From an uncultured Mollicutes bacterium (GTDB lineage Bacteria > Bacillota_I > Bacilli_A > RFN20 > CAG-826): 64,000 nucleotides of DNA. Below the pieces are notes generated by a model that was not told where the DNA came from, made no database searches, and saw only the letters and a list, made by a program, of their open reading frames with translations. The translations under genes were made by a program, and so were the position numbers. Shown here in pieces: positions 56,234-64,000 of the stretch (within the stretch, counting starts at the first letter, position 1; every line of letters begins with the position of its first letter). The stretch covers positions 20,260-84,259 of the forward strand of contig UQXJ01000002.1 in NCBI GenBank assembly GCA_900545015.1. Reading direction: 5' to 3'.

Positions 56234-56377
56234 AATTAAAAAAAGTTGCATAGTCTCAAAAAGCATAAGTTTAATTTTAATTATAAATAAATGGGAAAAC
56301 CAAAATGCCATTATTTCTTAATTTTAACCTCAAAATATGATATTGTTTAAGGGAAAGTAATAGTGTGAGGTGAAAAT

Positions 56378-57424
56378 ATGAGAGATTTCAATTATTCTAG
56401 AATAAGCAAAAACACATGGGATTCAGAAGTCTTAGGCTATATAGCTGCTATATATAAAGAAGTTGGAAAACAAGAATTGTATTTAAAACAAAGACCTGAA
56501 GAATTAGAAAAACTAGTTGAAATAGCTAAAGTACAAAGTACAGAAGCTTCAAATGCTATTGAAGGTATAGTTACAACTAATACAAGAATTAAACAATTAG
56601 TTGAAGAAAAAACCACTCCTAAAAATAGGGCTGAAGAAGAAATTGCTGGATACCGCGATGTATTAAATATAATACATGAAAGCTTTGCTGCTATACCGTT
56701 AACTCGAAATTTCATATTGCAATTACATAAGATTATGTATAGTCATATGAATAACCCTATGGCAGGTAGAACTAAAAATGTTCAAAATTATATCTCTGCT
56801 ACTCATTCTAATGGTAAAGTTGAGGTATTGTTCACACCTCTTGATCCGTTTGAAACACCAGTAGCACTTGATAAAATTTGTGATGAATATAATAGAGTGA
56901 TTGGAAATAATGAATTAGAACCATTAATCGCCATACCAGTTTTTATCCATGACTTTTTATGCATTCATCCATTTAATGATGGAAATGGTAGAATGTCTAG
57001 ACTATTGACAACATTACTATTGTATAGAAATGGATTCTATGTTGGTAAATATATTTCATTAGAAACTAAGATAGCAAAGCATAAGGATTTATATTACGAT
57101 GCGCTAGGAGTTTCACAAGAAGGATGGCTAGAAGGGAATGACAATCCTGTTCCATTCATTAAGTATTTATTGAGCACAATTCTTGCAGCATATAAAGATT
57201 TTGAAGATAGATTTAAAATCGTTGAAGAAAAGCTCCCTGCTATCGATATGGTAAGAAAAGCAGCGAATAATAAAATTGGTTGGTTTACAAAACAAGATAT
57301 AAGAGAATTATGCCCATCTCTAAGCATTAGTTCAATAGAAGGAGCATTAAGAAGATTAATTGAACTTGGCGAACTTAGACGTGAAGGCAATGGAAAGAAT
57401 AATAGATATGTTCGATTAAAATAG
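56378..57424 (+). CDS. Fic-family protein (AMPylase-type) with N-terminal inhibitory-helix motif and C-terminal wHTH
   Basis: 348 aa with Fic motif HPFNDGNGRMSRLL and the upstream TEASNAIEGI, which matches the (S/T)xxxE(G/N) autoinhibition motif. Confidence 0.88.
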   Translation: MRDFNYSRISKNTWDSEVLGYIAAIYKEVGKQELYLKQRPEELEKLVEIAKVQSTEASNAIEGIVTTNTRIKQLVEEKTTPKNRAEEEIAGYRDVLNIIHESFAAIPLTRNFILQLHKIMYSHMNNPMAGRTKNVQNYISATHSNGKVEVLFTPLDPFETPVALDKICDEYNRVIGNNELEPLIAIPVFIHDFLCIHPFNDGNGRMSRLLTTLLLYRNGFYVGKYISLETKIAKHKDLYYDALGVSQEGWLEGNDNPVPFIKYLLSTILAAYKDFEDRFKIVEEKLPAIDMVRKAANNKIGWFTKQDIRELCPSLSISSIEGALRRLIELGELRREGNGKNNRYVRLK

Positions 57425-57509
57425 TTTTCCCTTAAATTTATCTTTAAAATAATGGAAACTTATAAGAATAAGGTTAAGCATATATCATAGGTGGTAGGTG
57501 TTTTTTGTT

Positions 57510-57700
57510 GTTTGACGGGCATGCCGTATATCTAATGGGTGAAAGTCCTTAGTAGGAAAGTCGTTATAACAACATAGTGAAACTCAAGTCTGGTATCGTG
57601 AGGTATGGGATGAAAGAAGAACGTAGCAAATAGACTGGGTAACGAATAGAAACTTGATATAAGGCGATTAATTGGTGATAAAATAGCATTGCATATTAAA
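57510..57700 (+). ncRNA. candidate truncated 5' segment (domain I part) of a group II intron-like RNA
   Basis: It is an intergenic patch, GC-richer than its surroundings: GTTTGACGGGCATGCCGTATATCTAATGGGTGAAAGTCCTTAGTAGGAAAGTCG...GGGATGAAAGAAGAACGTAGCAAATAGACTGGGTAACG. It has a GUGYG-like 5' end after a T-run and a GGGUGA(R)AGUCC hairpin with a GAAA-type loop, as in bacterial group II intron 5' ends (from memory). No domain V and no RT ORF lie downstream. Confidence 0.4.
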
Positions 57701-57927
57701 ATCACAAACGCCCAGTTTTCTTAAATTAGAAAAATATAACTTTAATAGAAAAAATGCTCTGATAATAATACGTAAATAATTTATTTTCTCATTATCAATT
57801 ATGACAATATCAAATTAAAAGAGTGTGTATTTTAGTCATTTAAATTTGAATTTTTTAAATATTCGATTAGTTGAAAAAAATGGCGAGAGGCTTTATTATA
57901 CTTTGCGTAAGGTTTAATAAAATCACT

Positions 57928-58662
57928 ATGGTTATTTATAAAGTTGCAATTGTTGAAGATGATGAAAAACAATATGAAGTTGTATATTCTCTTTTAAAAG
58001 AATACGAAACTTTGAATGACGTAAGTTTTTCAGTTTCCTATTTTCATAATGGATTAGAATTTTTAAAAAAGTGTAAAGAATCATCTTTCGATTTAATATT
58101 TATGGACATCGAAATGCCTGAACTTGATGGCTTAAGTGTATCTAAAGAACTGCGATCATTTGATAAAGAAGTCCCTATAATAATTATTTCTTATTCAGCA
58201 AAATATGCTGTCAAAGGATATTACATAAATGCTTTTGGTTATTTAGTTAAACCAATATTAAAGACTGATTTTAATTTTCTTTTAAAGAAAGTGATTACTG
58301 AAATTAATCGAAAGAAAAATTCATATATTCTTTTAGAAAAGAAATCAAGTATTCAAAAAGTTTTCACAAAAGATATTTTATATATTGAAGTTGAAAACCA
58401 TTATTTACATTTTTATTTAACAAGTGGAAACGATATAGTCATAAGAGGAAAAATGGGTGATTATGTAAAGCTATTAAATAATGAAGGCTTTACAAGATGC
58501 AATGAGTGCTATCTTGTAAACCTTGCTTATGTTACAAAAATAGATAGCTCAAGTAATAGTGTTATTTTAGGAAATATCTCTCTTGCTTTGTCTAAGCAAA
58601 AGAAGAAGAGCTTCATTGAAGTTTTAACAAATTATTTAGGCGAGAACGCACAAAATGTATGA
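57928..58662 (+). CDS. LytTR-family response regulator
   Basis: The receiver is KVAIVEDDE...DLIFMDIEMPELDG. The LytTR domain is ILYIEVENHYLHFYLTSGNDIVIRGKMGDY. The track start at 57871 (TTG) adds an implausible 19-aa N-extension. Confidence 0.85.
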   Translation: MVIYKVAIVEDDEKQYEVVYSLLKEYETLNDVSFSVSYFHNGLEFLKKCKESSFDLIFMDIEMPELDGLSVSKELRSFDKEVPIIIISYSAKYAVKGYYINAFGYLVKPILKTDFNFLLKKVITEINRKKNSYILLEKKSSIQKVFTKDILYIEVENHYLHFYLTSGNDIVIRGKMGDYVKLLNNEGFTRCNECYLVNLAYVTKIDSSSNSVILGNISLALSKQKKKSFIEVLTNYLGENAQNV

Positions 58663-59968
58663 AGAATATACTGCTATTAAAGCTATAGGATATTATTTTA
58701 TCCGATTTGTTGTTCCTTTATTTGCAGCAGAGTCACTTTGTATTTTTACTCTTCCTAAAAGAAAATGGTGGATATCTTTTTATTTAAGTTCATCCCTTTT
58801 TTATTTTGTATTTAGTTTAATTGTTGTTTATTTTAACGTTGATATAAAAATAGGATGGTTCCGAATAATTTTCTTATTAATTTTCCTCTTATCCTTAATT
58901 CCAATGTTTTTTACATATAAATTAAGACCAAAGCAAATAATTCTTTTTGCTTTAAGTGCCTATGCTGTTCAAAATTTTGGTGATAATTTATCTTCGTTAA
59001 TAATATTTTCATCAGGTTTAACGAATTCAAAATATGAATTATATCAATCTTTAATTTATTCAGGCATTTATATAATTTGTTTTTTACCATATTATTATTT
59101 CTTTTTATCAAAGCTAAAAGGTGAAATGATACCAAGTTTAATTGAAGGAAATATCGTTTATTTTATGACTATTGTTACTTTAATAGTAGTTTACGTTGTC
59201 TCTATGTTTGCTCAATCAACAACGGATTATGTTGGTTATATTTCTTCAAGAATTTATGCAATGATTGCTTGCTTGTTCTTACTTATTTTTCATTACGATA
59301 ATTACTATAGAAAGAGATTGCAAAATCAAAACCAAATGCTTGAGCAAATTGTTCATAATGAAAATGAAAAATTCAAACAATCTAAAAGAAATATGGAATT
59401 AGTAAATATGAGAATTCATGATTTAAAACATCAAGTTGATGGATTAAAAGAATATGCTAAATCAAATAAAGAACTCGATGTTATTGAATCACTCGAAAAA
59501 GAATTACATATTTATGATAATGCTATTGAAACTGGCAACGCGACAATTGATTTTATACTTGCTGAAAAATCATTATATTGTAAAAAACACAACATTCGAT
59601 TCTCTTCATTAATTGATGGAGAAAAACTATCATTTATGTCAAGTACTGATATTTATTCATTTTTTGAAAATAGCCTTGATAATGCGATTGAAGCTGTTTT
59701 AAAAGCAAATAAAGAAGATAGAACAATCATAATTAATGTTGTTACAAAGGGATCTTTTGTGGTAGTTCATATTGAAAATTATTGTATTCAAGATGTTAAA
59801 TTTGAAAATGGTTTGCCTCAAACAAATAAAGATAAAACATTCCATGGATATGGAATTAAATCTATTGTAAGAGTTGTTAAAAAATATAATGGATCCTTAG
59901 CTTTTAGACTTGAAAATAACATTTTTTCATTAAATGCGCTGTTTCCTTTAGAGAATTTTAAAGAATAA
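58655..59968 (+). CDS. membrane sensor histidine kinase, AgrC/LytS-like GHKL type
   Basis: 437 aa with about 6 N-terminal TM spans, H-box RIHDLKHQV, N-box FFENSLDNAIEA and G-box FHGYGIKSI. It overlaps the RR gene by 8 nt. Confidence 0.85.
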   Translation: MYEEYTAIKAIGYYFIRFVVPLFAAESLCIFTLPKRKWWISFYLSSSLFYFVFSLIVVYFNVDIKIGWFRIIFLLIFLLSLIPMFFTYKLRPKQIILFALSAYAVQNFGDNLSSLIIFSSGLTNSKYELYQSLIYSGIYIICFLPYYYFFLSKLKGEMIPSLIEGNIVYFMTIVTLIVVYVVSMFAQSTTDYVGYISSRIYAMIACLFLLIFHYDNYYRKRLQNQNQMLEQIVHNENEKFKQSKRNMELVNMRIHDLKHQVDGLKEYAKSNKELDVIESLEKELHIYDNAIETGNATIDFILAEKSLYCKKHNIRFSSLIDGEKLSFMSSTDIYSFFENSLDNAIEAVLKANKEDRTIIINVVTKGSFVVVHIENYCIQDVKFENGLPQTNKDKTFHGYGIKSIVRVVKKYNGSLAFRLENNIFSLNALFPLENFKE

Positions 59969-60113
59969 TTTACGAGATTAAATACGCTATTTTGTGTTTT
60001 AAATACGCCAAAAGAAAGACAAACAAATAATCAATACGATATATTGAAAGCGCTTACAAGCAAGTCTTTTGAAATTATTCATTTGAAAATTTAAAAAGAC
60101 GGAAGGGAAAACA

Positions 60114-63020
60114 ATGAAAAAGAAATTAGCAAATGCGATTGCGTTCGGAGTTGCATCAGTCGCAGTAATTGCGGGTTTAATTGTTGGCAATTCAATAGTT
60201 AATAGGTATGAAAACGAAATAAATTCATATCTTAATCCACCTATTGTCGATAAAGACGCACTTAACGTAAGTTCAGCAAACGGACAAGAGTTATCTAAAA
60301 AGCTTATGCAAGAAGGCGCTATCCTTCTTCAAAATGATGGAACATTACCATTAAGTTATTCGGAAACTAAAAAAGTAAATGTTTTTGGATGGAGAAGTGT
60401 TGACTGGGTTTATGGTTCAGATGGTCAAAATGCTTCTGGTAGAGTTGCTCCTGAAGATGGCGATTTTAATAAAAATGTCGATTTAGTGAAAGCACTACAA
60501 AATTATGGTATTGAAACAAACTCACGTTTATACGATATGTATCGTGCTTATAGTAAACCAATGTGGGAACTCATGGATACAAGAAATTCTCACATTAATA
60601 CTATGACTCCACTTAGAGAACCAAATATTAATGATTTATCAACAGGTTCAGAAAAAGAAGGATACTATACAAATGACCTTCTTTCTTACTCAAAAGAATT
60701 CTCTGATACAGCAATTGTTGTTATTGGTAGAATGGCTGGAGAAGGCATGAATTGTAATCCTACAACTCAAGTCAAAGAAGGCAATATAAATAATGATGAT
60801 CCTACAAGACATTATCTAGAAATTAGTACTGAAGAAGAAGCAATGCTTCGTTATTGTGGTGAAAATTTTAAGAATGTAATTGTTATGATTAACGCAGCTA
60901 ATCCATTTGAAATGGGATTTATGAAAACAATTCCTGGATTAGACGCAGCGATGTATGTTGGCTTTACTGGAACACGTGCTGCTAGTGTACTTCCAAAATT
61001 ACTTTATGGAGAAGTATCTCCTTCTGGAAGAACAGTTGATACTTTCCCATATGATATGTTTACAAATCCTGCAAACATCTATTTAGGTGGCCAAAATTAT
61101 CTTGATTATGAAAAAAGTTATGTAGATGCAATTGAAAACGTTTATTTAGGATATAAACGGTATGAAACTGCAGATAATGAACATTATTGGGATAGCGTAG
61201 ATAATGAATATGGCAAAGGCTATGATGGCGTTGTTTATGCTCCATTTAGTTATGGACTTAGTTATAACGAATATGCGTGGAATGTTTCAAAAATAGAAGT
61301 TAAAAAAGATGGTAAAGAAGAACCAGTAGCTTATACTGAAGGCATGTCTTTTAATGATAAAGACAAAATCGAATTTACAGTTTCAGTTACAAATAATGGC
61401 TCTGTTCCAGGACAAGATGTTGTTGAAATATACGCAATTGCTCCATATTATGGACACGCAAACGAGCAAGCTGTTGAAAAACCATATGTTAATTTAGCAG
61501 GTTTTGCTAAAACAAATATTCTTCAGCCAAACGCAACTGAAGAAATTAAGGTTAGCGTTGATCCATATGATTTTGCTTCATATGATTGCTACGATAGAAA
61601 TAATAATGGATTTAAAGGATATGAATTGGAACATGGTTCATACACACTTTCATTACGTACATCTTCACATAGTGTTAAAAATGTTACATTTGATTCAAAA
61701 GAAACAGCTGGAGATTTTACTTTTAAAGTTGATGAAGACATTAAAATTGATAAAGATCCAGTTACTGGAAGTGAAGTAAAAAATCTTTTTACAGGTGAAG
61801 ACGCAATAGATTTAGTTCCAATTGACGGAAAAGAAAAAGATGGCTCATTTACTCCAGATATTAACTGGTTATCTAGAAAGAGCTTCACAAGTTTAGAAGA
61901 CTTAAAAACTTCATATAATGCTAGAAGAAATGCAACTCCATCAGCTAAGAAGCCTCATGCTAATGCTGAAAGAATTATAAGCTGGGATGAAGCAACTGGT
62001 GTTGATGTTTTTGGAGACCCAATTCCAACAGAAAAACCAACTTGGGGAGCTTCAAATGGCTTAAAAGTTTCTGATAACGATATTATTAATGACCTCGGAA
62101 GAAAACTAGGCGAAGATTATAATGCGCCAGAATGGGAAAAACTTCTTGACCAATTAACTATGGAAGAAGTAATCAAAATGGTTAAACGTTATTATGGTTC
62201 ACAAGCATTACCATCCATTGGTAAGCCTTATTTAACTGATGTTGATGGCCCATCACAAATTAAGAGTTTCGTTGCTGCTCCAAGAGGCACAGGTTACCCA
62301 ACAATGACAACAATTGCTGCTACTTGGAACACTAAATTACTTTATGAATTTGGCAAATCATTTGGTGATGATATGAAGAGTCTTGGTGTCATGGGAGATT
62401 GGGGATTTGCAATGGATTGCCATAGAACATCTTTCTTTGGAAGAAATCATGAATCTCCTTCAGAAGATATGATGCTTGCTGGTACATTAATGGCAGAAGC
62501 TGTTCGCGGACTTGGAACAAAAGGAAGATACAACATGATGAAACACTTTGCTCTTTACGGCTATGGTGGAGATCAAGTTTGGATGACTGAACAAGGTTTA
62601 AGAGAAAACTTCCTTAAATCATTCCGTAAAGTTGTTCTTGATGGAGGATGCTTAGGTGTCATGACAACTTATCAAGGTGTTGGTGCTGAACACTCTGAGA
62701 CAACTCAAGCTCTTCTTCGTGGAGTCTTACGTAAAGAATGGCAATTTAAAGGTGCAATAACAACTGACTATATTGGAAATAATAATTATATTGATACATT
62801 ACTTCGCTGTGGTGGTGACTTCGGAATGGGTGTAAGCCTTGGAACAGTTAAAGGTGTTACATACAATGCATCATCAAGTGCAAGAGTTCAACATGCACTT
62901 CGTGATGTTGCTCATCACGTTACTTATATGTGGTTACGTGCTAATTATTATGAGCTTCAATATAAAGCTAACCCAGATAAAGATGATAGTTTTATCAGCT
63001 CAATCTCAACTGATTCATGA
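60114..63020 (+). CDS. glycoside hydrolase family 3 enzyme, membrane-anchored, with permuted domain order
   Basis: 968 aa with an N-terminal TM anchor. The alpha/beta-sandwich-type region (ILLQNDGTLPL...KVNVFGW) and the Fn3-like region (VSVTNNGSVPGQDVVEIYA) come before the barrel-type region (KHFALYGYGG, GVMTTYQGV, GAITTDYIG). Confidence 0.8.
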   Translation: MKKKLANAIAFGVASVAVIAGLIVGNSIVNRYENEINSYLNPPIVDKDALNVSSANGQELSKKLMQEGAILLQNDGTLPLSYSETKKVNVFGWRSVDWVYGSDGQNASGRVAPEDGDFNKNVDLVKALQNYGIETNSRLYDMYRAYSKPMWELMDTRNSHINTMTPLREPNINDLSTGSEKEGYYTNDLLSYSKEFSDTAIVVIGRMAGEGMNCNPTTQVKEGNINNDDPTRHYLEISTEEEAMLRYCGENFKNVIVMINAANPFEMGFMKTIPGLDAAMYVGFTGTRAASVLPKLLYGEVSPSGRTVDTFPYDMFTNPANIYLGGQNYLDYEKSYVDAIENVYLGYKRYETADNEHYWDSVDNEYGKGYDGVVYAPFSYGLSYNEYAWNVSKIEVKKDGKEEPVAYTEGMSFNDKDKIEFTVSVTNNGSVPGQDVVEIYAIAPYYGHANEQAVEKPYVNLAGFAKTNILQPNATEEIKVSVDPYDFASYDCYDRNNNGFKGYELEHGSYTLSLRTSSHSVKNVTFDSKETAGDFTFKVDEDIKIDKDPVTGSEVKNLFTGEDAIDLVPIDGKEKDGSFTPDINWLSRKSFTSLEDLKTSYNARRNATPSAKKPHANAERIISWDEATGVDVFGDPIPTEKPTWGASNGLKVSDNDIINDLGRKLGEDYNAPEWEKLLDQLTMEEVIKMVKRYYGSQALPSIGKPYLTDVDGPSQIKSFVAAPRGTGYPTMTTIAATWNTKLLYEFGKSFGDDMKSLGVMGDWGFAMDCHRTSFFGRNHESPSEDMMLAGTLMAEAVRGLGTKGRYNMMKHFALYGYGGDQVWMTEQGLRENFLKSFRKVVLDGGCLGVMTTYQGVGAEHSETTQALLRGVLRKEWQFKGAITTDYIGNNNYIDTLLRCGGDFGMGVSLGTVKGVTYNASSSARVQHALRDVAHHVTYMWLRANYYELQYKANPDKDDSFISSISTDS

Positions 63021-63200
63021 TGCTGGCGGAAATCTCTTGTTTTAACTCTTAATGTTTCTATTTCTGCTTTATTAGTTATGTGGGGTGGATTCGTATTAGT
63101 AAGTTTCTTTACTAAAGATGGAAAATATATGGAATTTTATAATCCATTTAGTAAGAAAGAAAAAAATAAAGATGAAGCTGACCAAGAGGAGGCTAAATAA
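63021..63200 (+). other. in-frame continuation after the GH3 TGA stop encoding a TM segment plus charged tail
   Basis: The same frame as the GH3 gene stays open for 59 codons: CWRKSLVLTLNVSISALLVMWGGFVLVSFFTKDGKYMEFYNPFSKKEKNKDEADQEEAK*. There is no in-frame ATG/GTG/TTG before the hydrophobic segment. Confidence 0.4.
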
Positions 63201-63201
63201 T

Positions 63202-64000
63202 ATGAAAATGAAGAAAAAGACTTTTAATATCGTATTAGCATCAACGGCTAGTTTTGTAATTGTCGTAACAGCGGCAAGTGCAATTGGTGGCTCATATGCT
63301 GCTTATATGAATTACTACAATCAAGTTCAAAGTGAAAAAGAACATCAAAAATATTTAGATAGTTTACCGTTAGAATTTTTAGGAATTACTGCAAAACTCA
63401 AAGATGGTGTTAAATATTTTTCTAACGGAAGAGCTAATCCTCAACCTGAAGATTTCTTAGTAAAAGCTCAATTTACTGAAAAAGGAAAAGAATCAGAAGC
63501 TATTGTTCAAAGCAAAGATATTAATATTTCAGTTCCTGATAACTTTAAAACTAATGGTGGAAAGGTTGAAGTAAGCTATACATATACTTATGAAAAAGAT
63601 AATAAATCTGATTCAACAAGCGATGGTTCAACTTCGGAAGAAATGCCTAAAAAAATTACAAAAACTGCTGAAGTAGACATATCTTTAACTGCTGTAAAGA
63701 TTGATCATTTAGTAATGGAAGAAAAGCCATATCGTGTTTATTATTCTAACGATATGAAATTCTCTCTCGATGGAATTAAATTAAAGGCTATTTATAATGA
63801 CGAAAGTGAAAAGGATGTTAAACTTTCTTCAGTTTCAATTAAAAATGGTGATGCTTTAAAAGAAGGACAATCAAGTGTACAAATCGTTTATAGTGAAGGA
63901 AGTGATGAAGCAACATTCGATGTTCCAGTCACTGTTGTTAAAAAATCTGATTATAATGATGGAAAATTAATTAGCATAGATCAAGAAGGTGAAGTAACCT
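63202..64000 (+). CDS. membrane-anchored surface protein with Ig-like/beta-sandwich repeats (partial, continues right of window)
   Basis: GAGGAGG plus the ATG at 63202 gives MKMKKKTFNIVLASTASFVIVVTAASAIGG (signal anchor). The frame is open to the window end, and repeated ...V.I.YS...ATFDVPVTV-type strands suggest bacterial Ig-like domains. Confidence 0.6.
   Translation, partial: MKMKKKTFNIVLASTASFVIVVTAASAIGGSYAAYMNYYNQVQSEKEHQKYLDSLPLEFLGITAKLKDGVKYFSNGRANPQPEDFLVKAQFTEKGKESEAIVQSKDINISVPDNFKTNGGKVEVSYTYTYEKDNKSDSTSDGSTSEEMPKKITKTAEVDISLTAVKIDHLVMEEKPYRVYYSNDMKFSLDGIKLKAIYNDESEKDVKLSSVSIKNGDALKEGQSSVQIVYSEGSDEATFDVPVTVVKKSDYNDGKLISIDQEGEVT

Noticed and set aside
57530-57560. GGGTGAAAGTCC as the RNase P RNA CR-I element (AGGAAAGTCC)
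   Set aside because: The surrounding ~200 nt is too short and lacks the other universally conserved RNase P blocks (for example the ACAGNRA-type 3' region and P4 pairing partners).
63018-63020. Idea that the genome reads TGA as Trp (Mycoplasma/Spiroplasma code 4)
   Set aside because: TGA terminates several well-defined genes here (6412-6414, 28710-28712 inside a terminator hairpin, 30117-30119, 35457-35459, 51606-51608). Trp is encoded by TGG throughout. The tRNA-Trp has anticodon CCA, and ORFs over 1000 aa are intact under the standard code.

Overview
The window is visibly AT-rich and gene-dense, and reads like an Acholeplasma- or Mollicutes-like Firmicute chromosome. It uses the standard genetic code. 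TGA is a real stop (for example 28710-28712 sits inside a terminator hairpin, and there are ATGA stop/start overlaps at 6412-6415 and 51605-51608). The tRNA-Trp carries anticodon CCA, and all long ORFs are intact under code 11. Bases 1-38,700 are mostly housekeeping: cysteine desulfurase-thiI, the infC-rpmI-rplT operon with an L20-leader-like attenuator, SNF2 helicase, argS, purB-purA, an elongated potABCD, tRNA-Arg/Cys/Pro/Trp, corA, smpB, pepT, dCMP deaminase, ecfA1-ecfA2-ecfT-truA and a yebC-like gene. Directly after tRNA-Trp (38,628-38,701) lies a ~5.6 kb decayed accessory island. It holds two DUF4143-type AAA+ ATPase genes, each preceded by its own direct-repeat array, plus an iteron-like triple repeat, a 268-bp duplication and three gene corpses (ATPase 3' end, wHTH tail, KilA-N). 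The most unusual block is a tightly packed six-gene operon at 44,499-56,177. It has a 1188-aa lipoprotein built from about nine tandem modules, a TM/coiled-coil protein with a Gly/Asp-rich tail, and a MoxR AAA+ / DUF58 / BatA_N-VWA / double-VWA cassette. The right end carries a class-II-like Fic protein, a ~200-nt GC-richer patch resembling the 5' end of a group II intron, and a LytTR two-component pair. It also has a domain-permuted GH3 glycosidase whose TGA stop is followed in frame by a membrane-anchor-like segment, and a partial Ig-like surface protein. No rRNA or CRISPR array was seen. All protein-family calls come from motifs read by eye in the supplied translations, and no database search was run.
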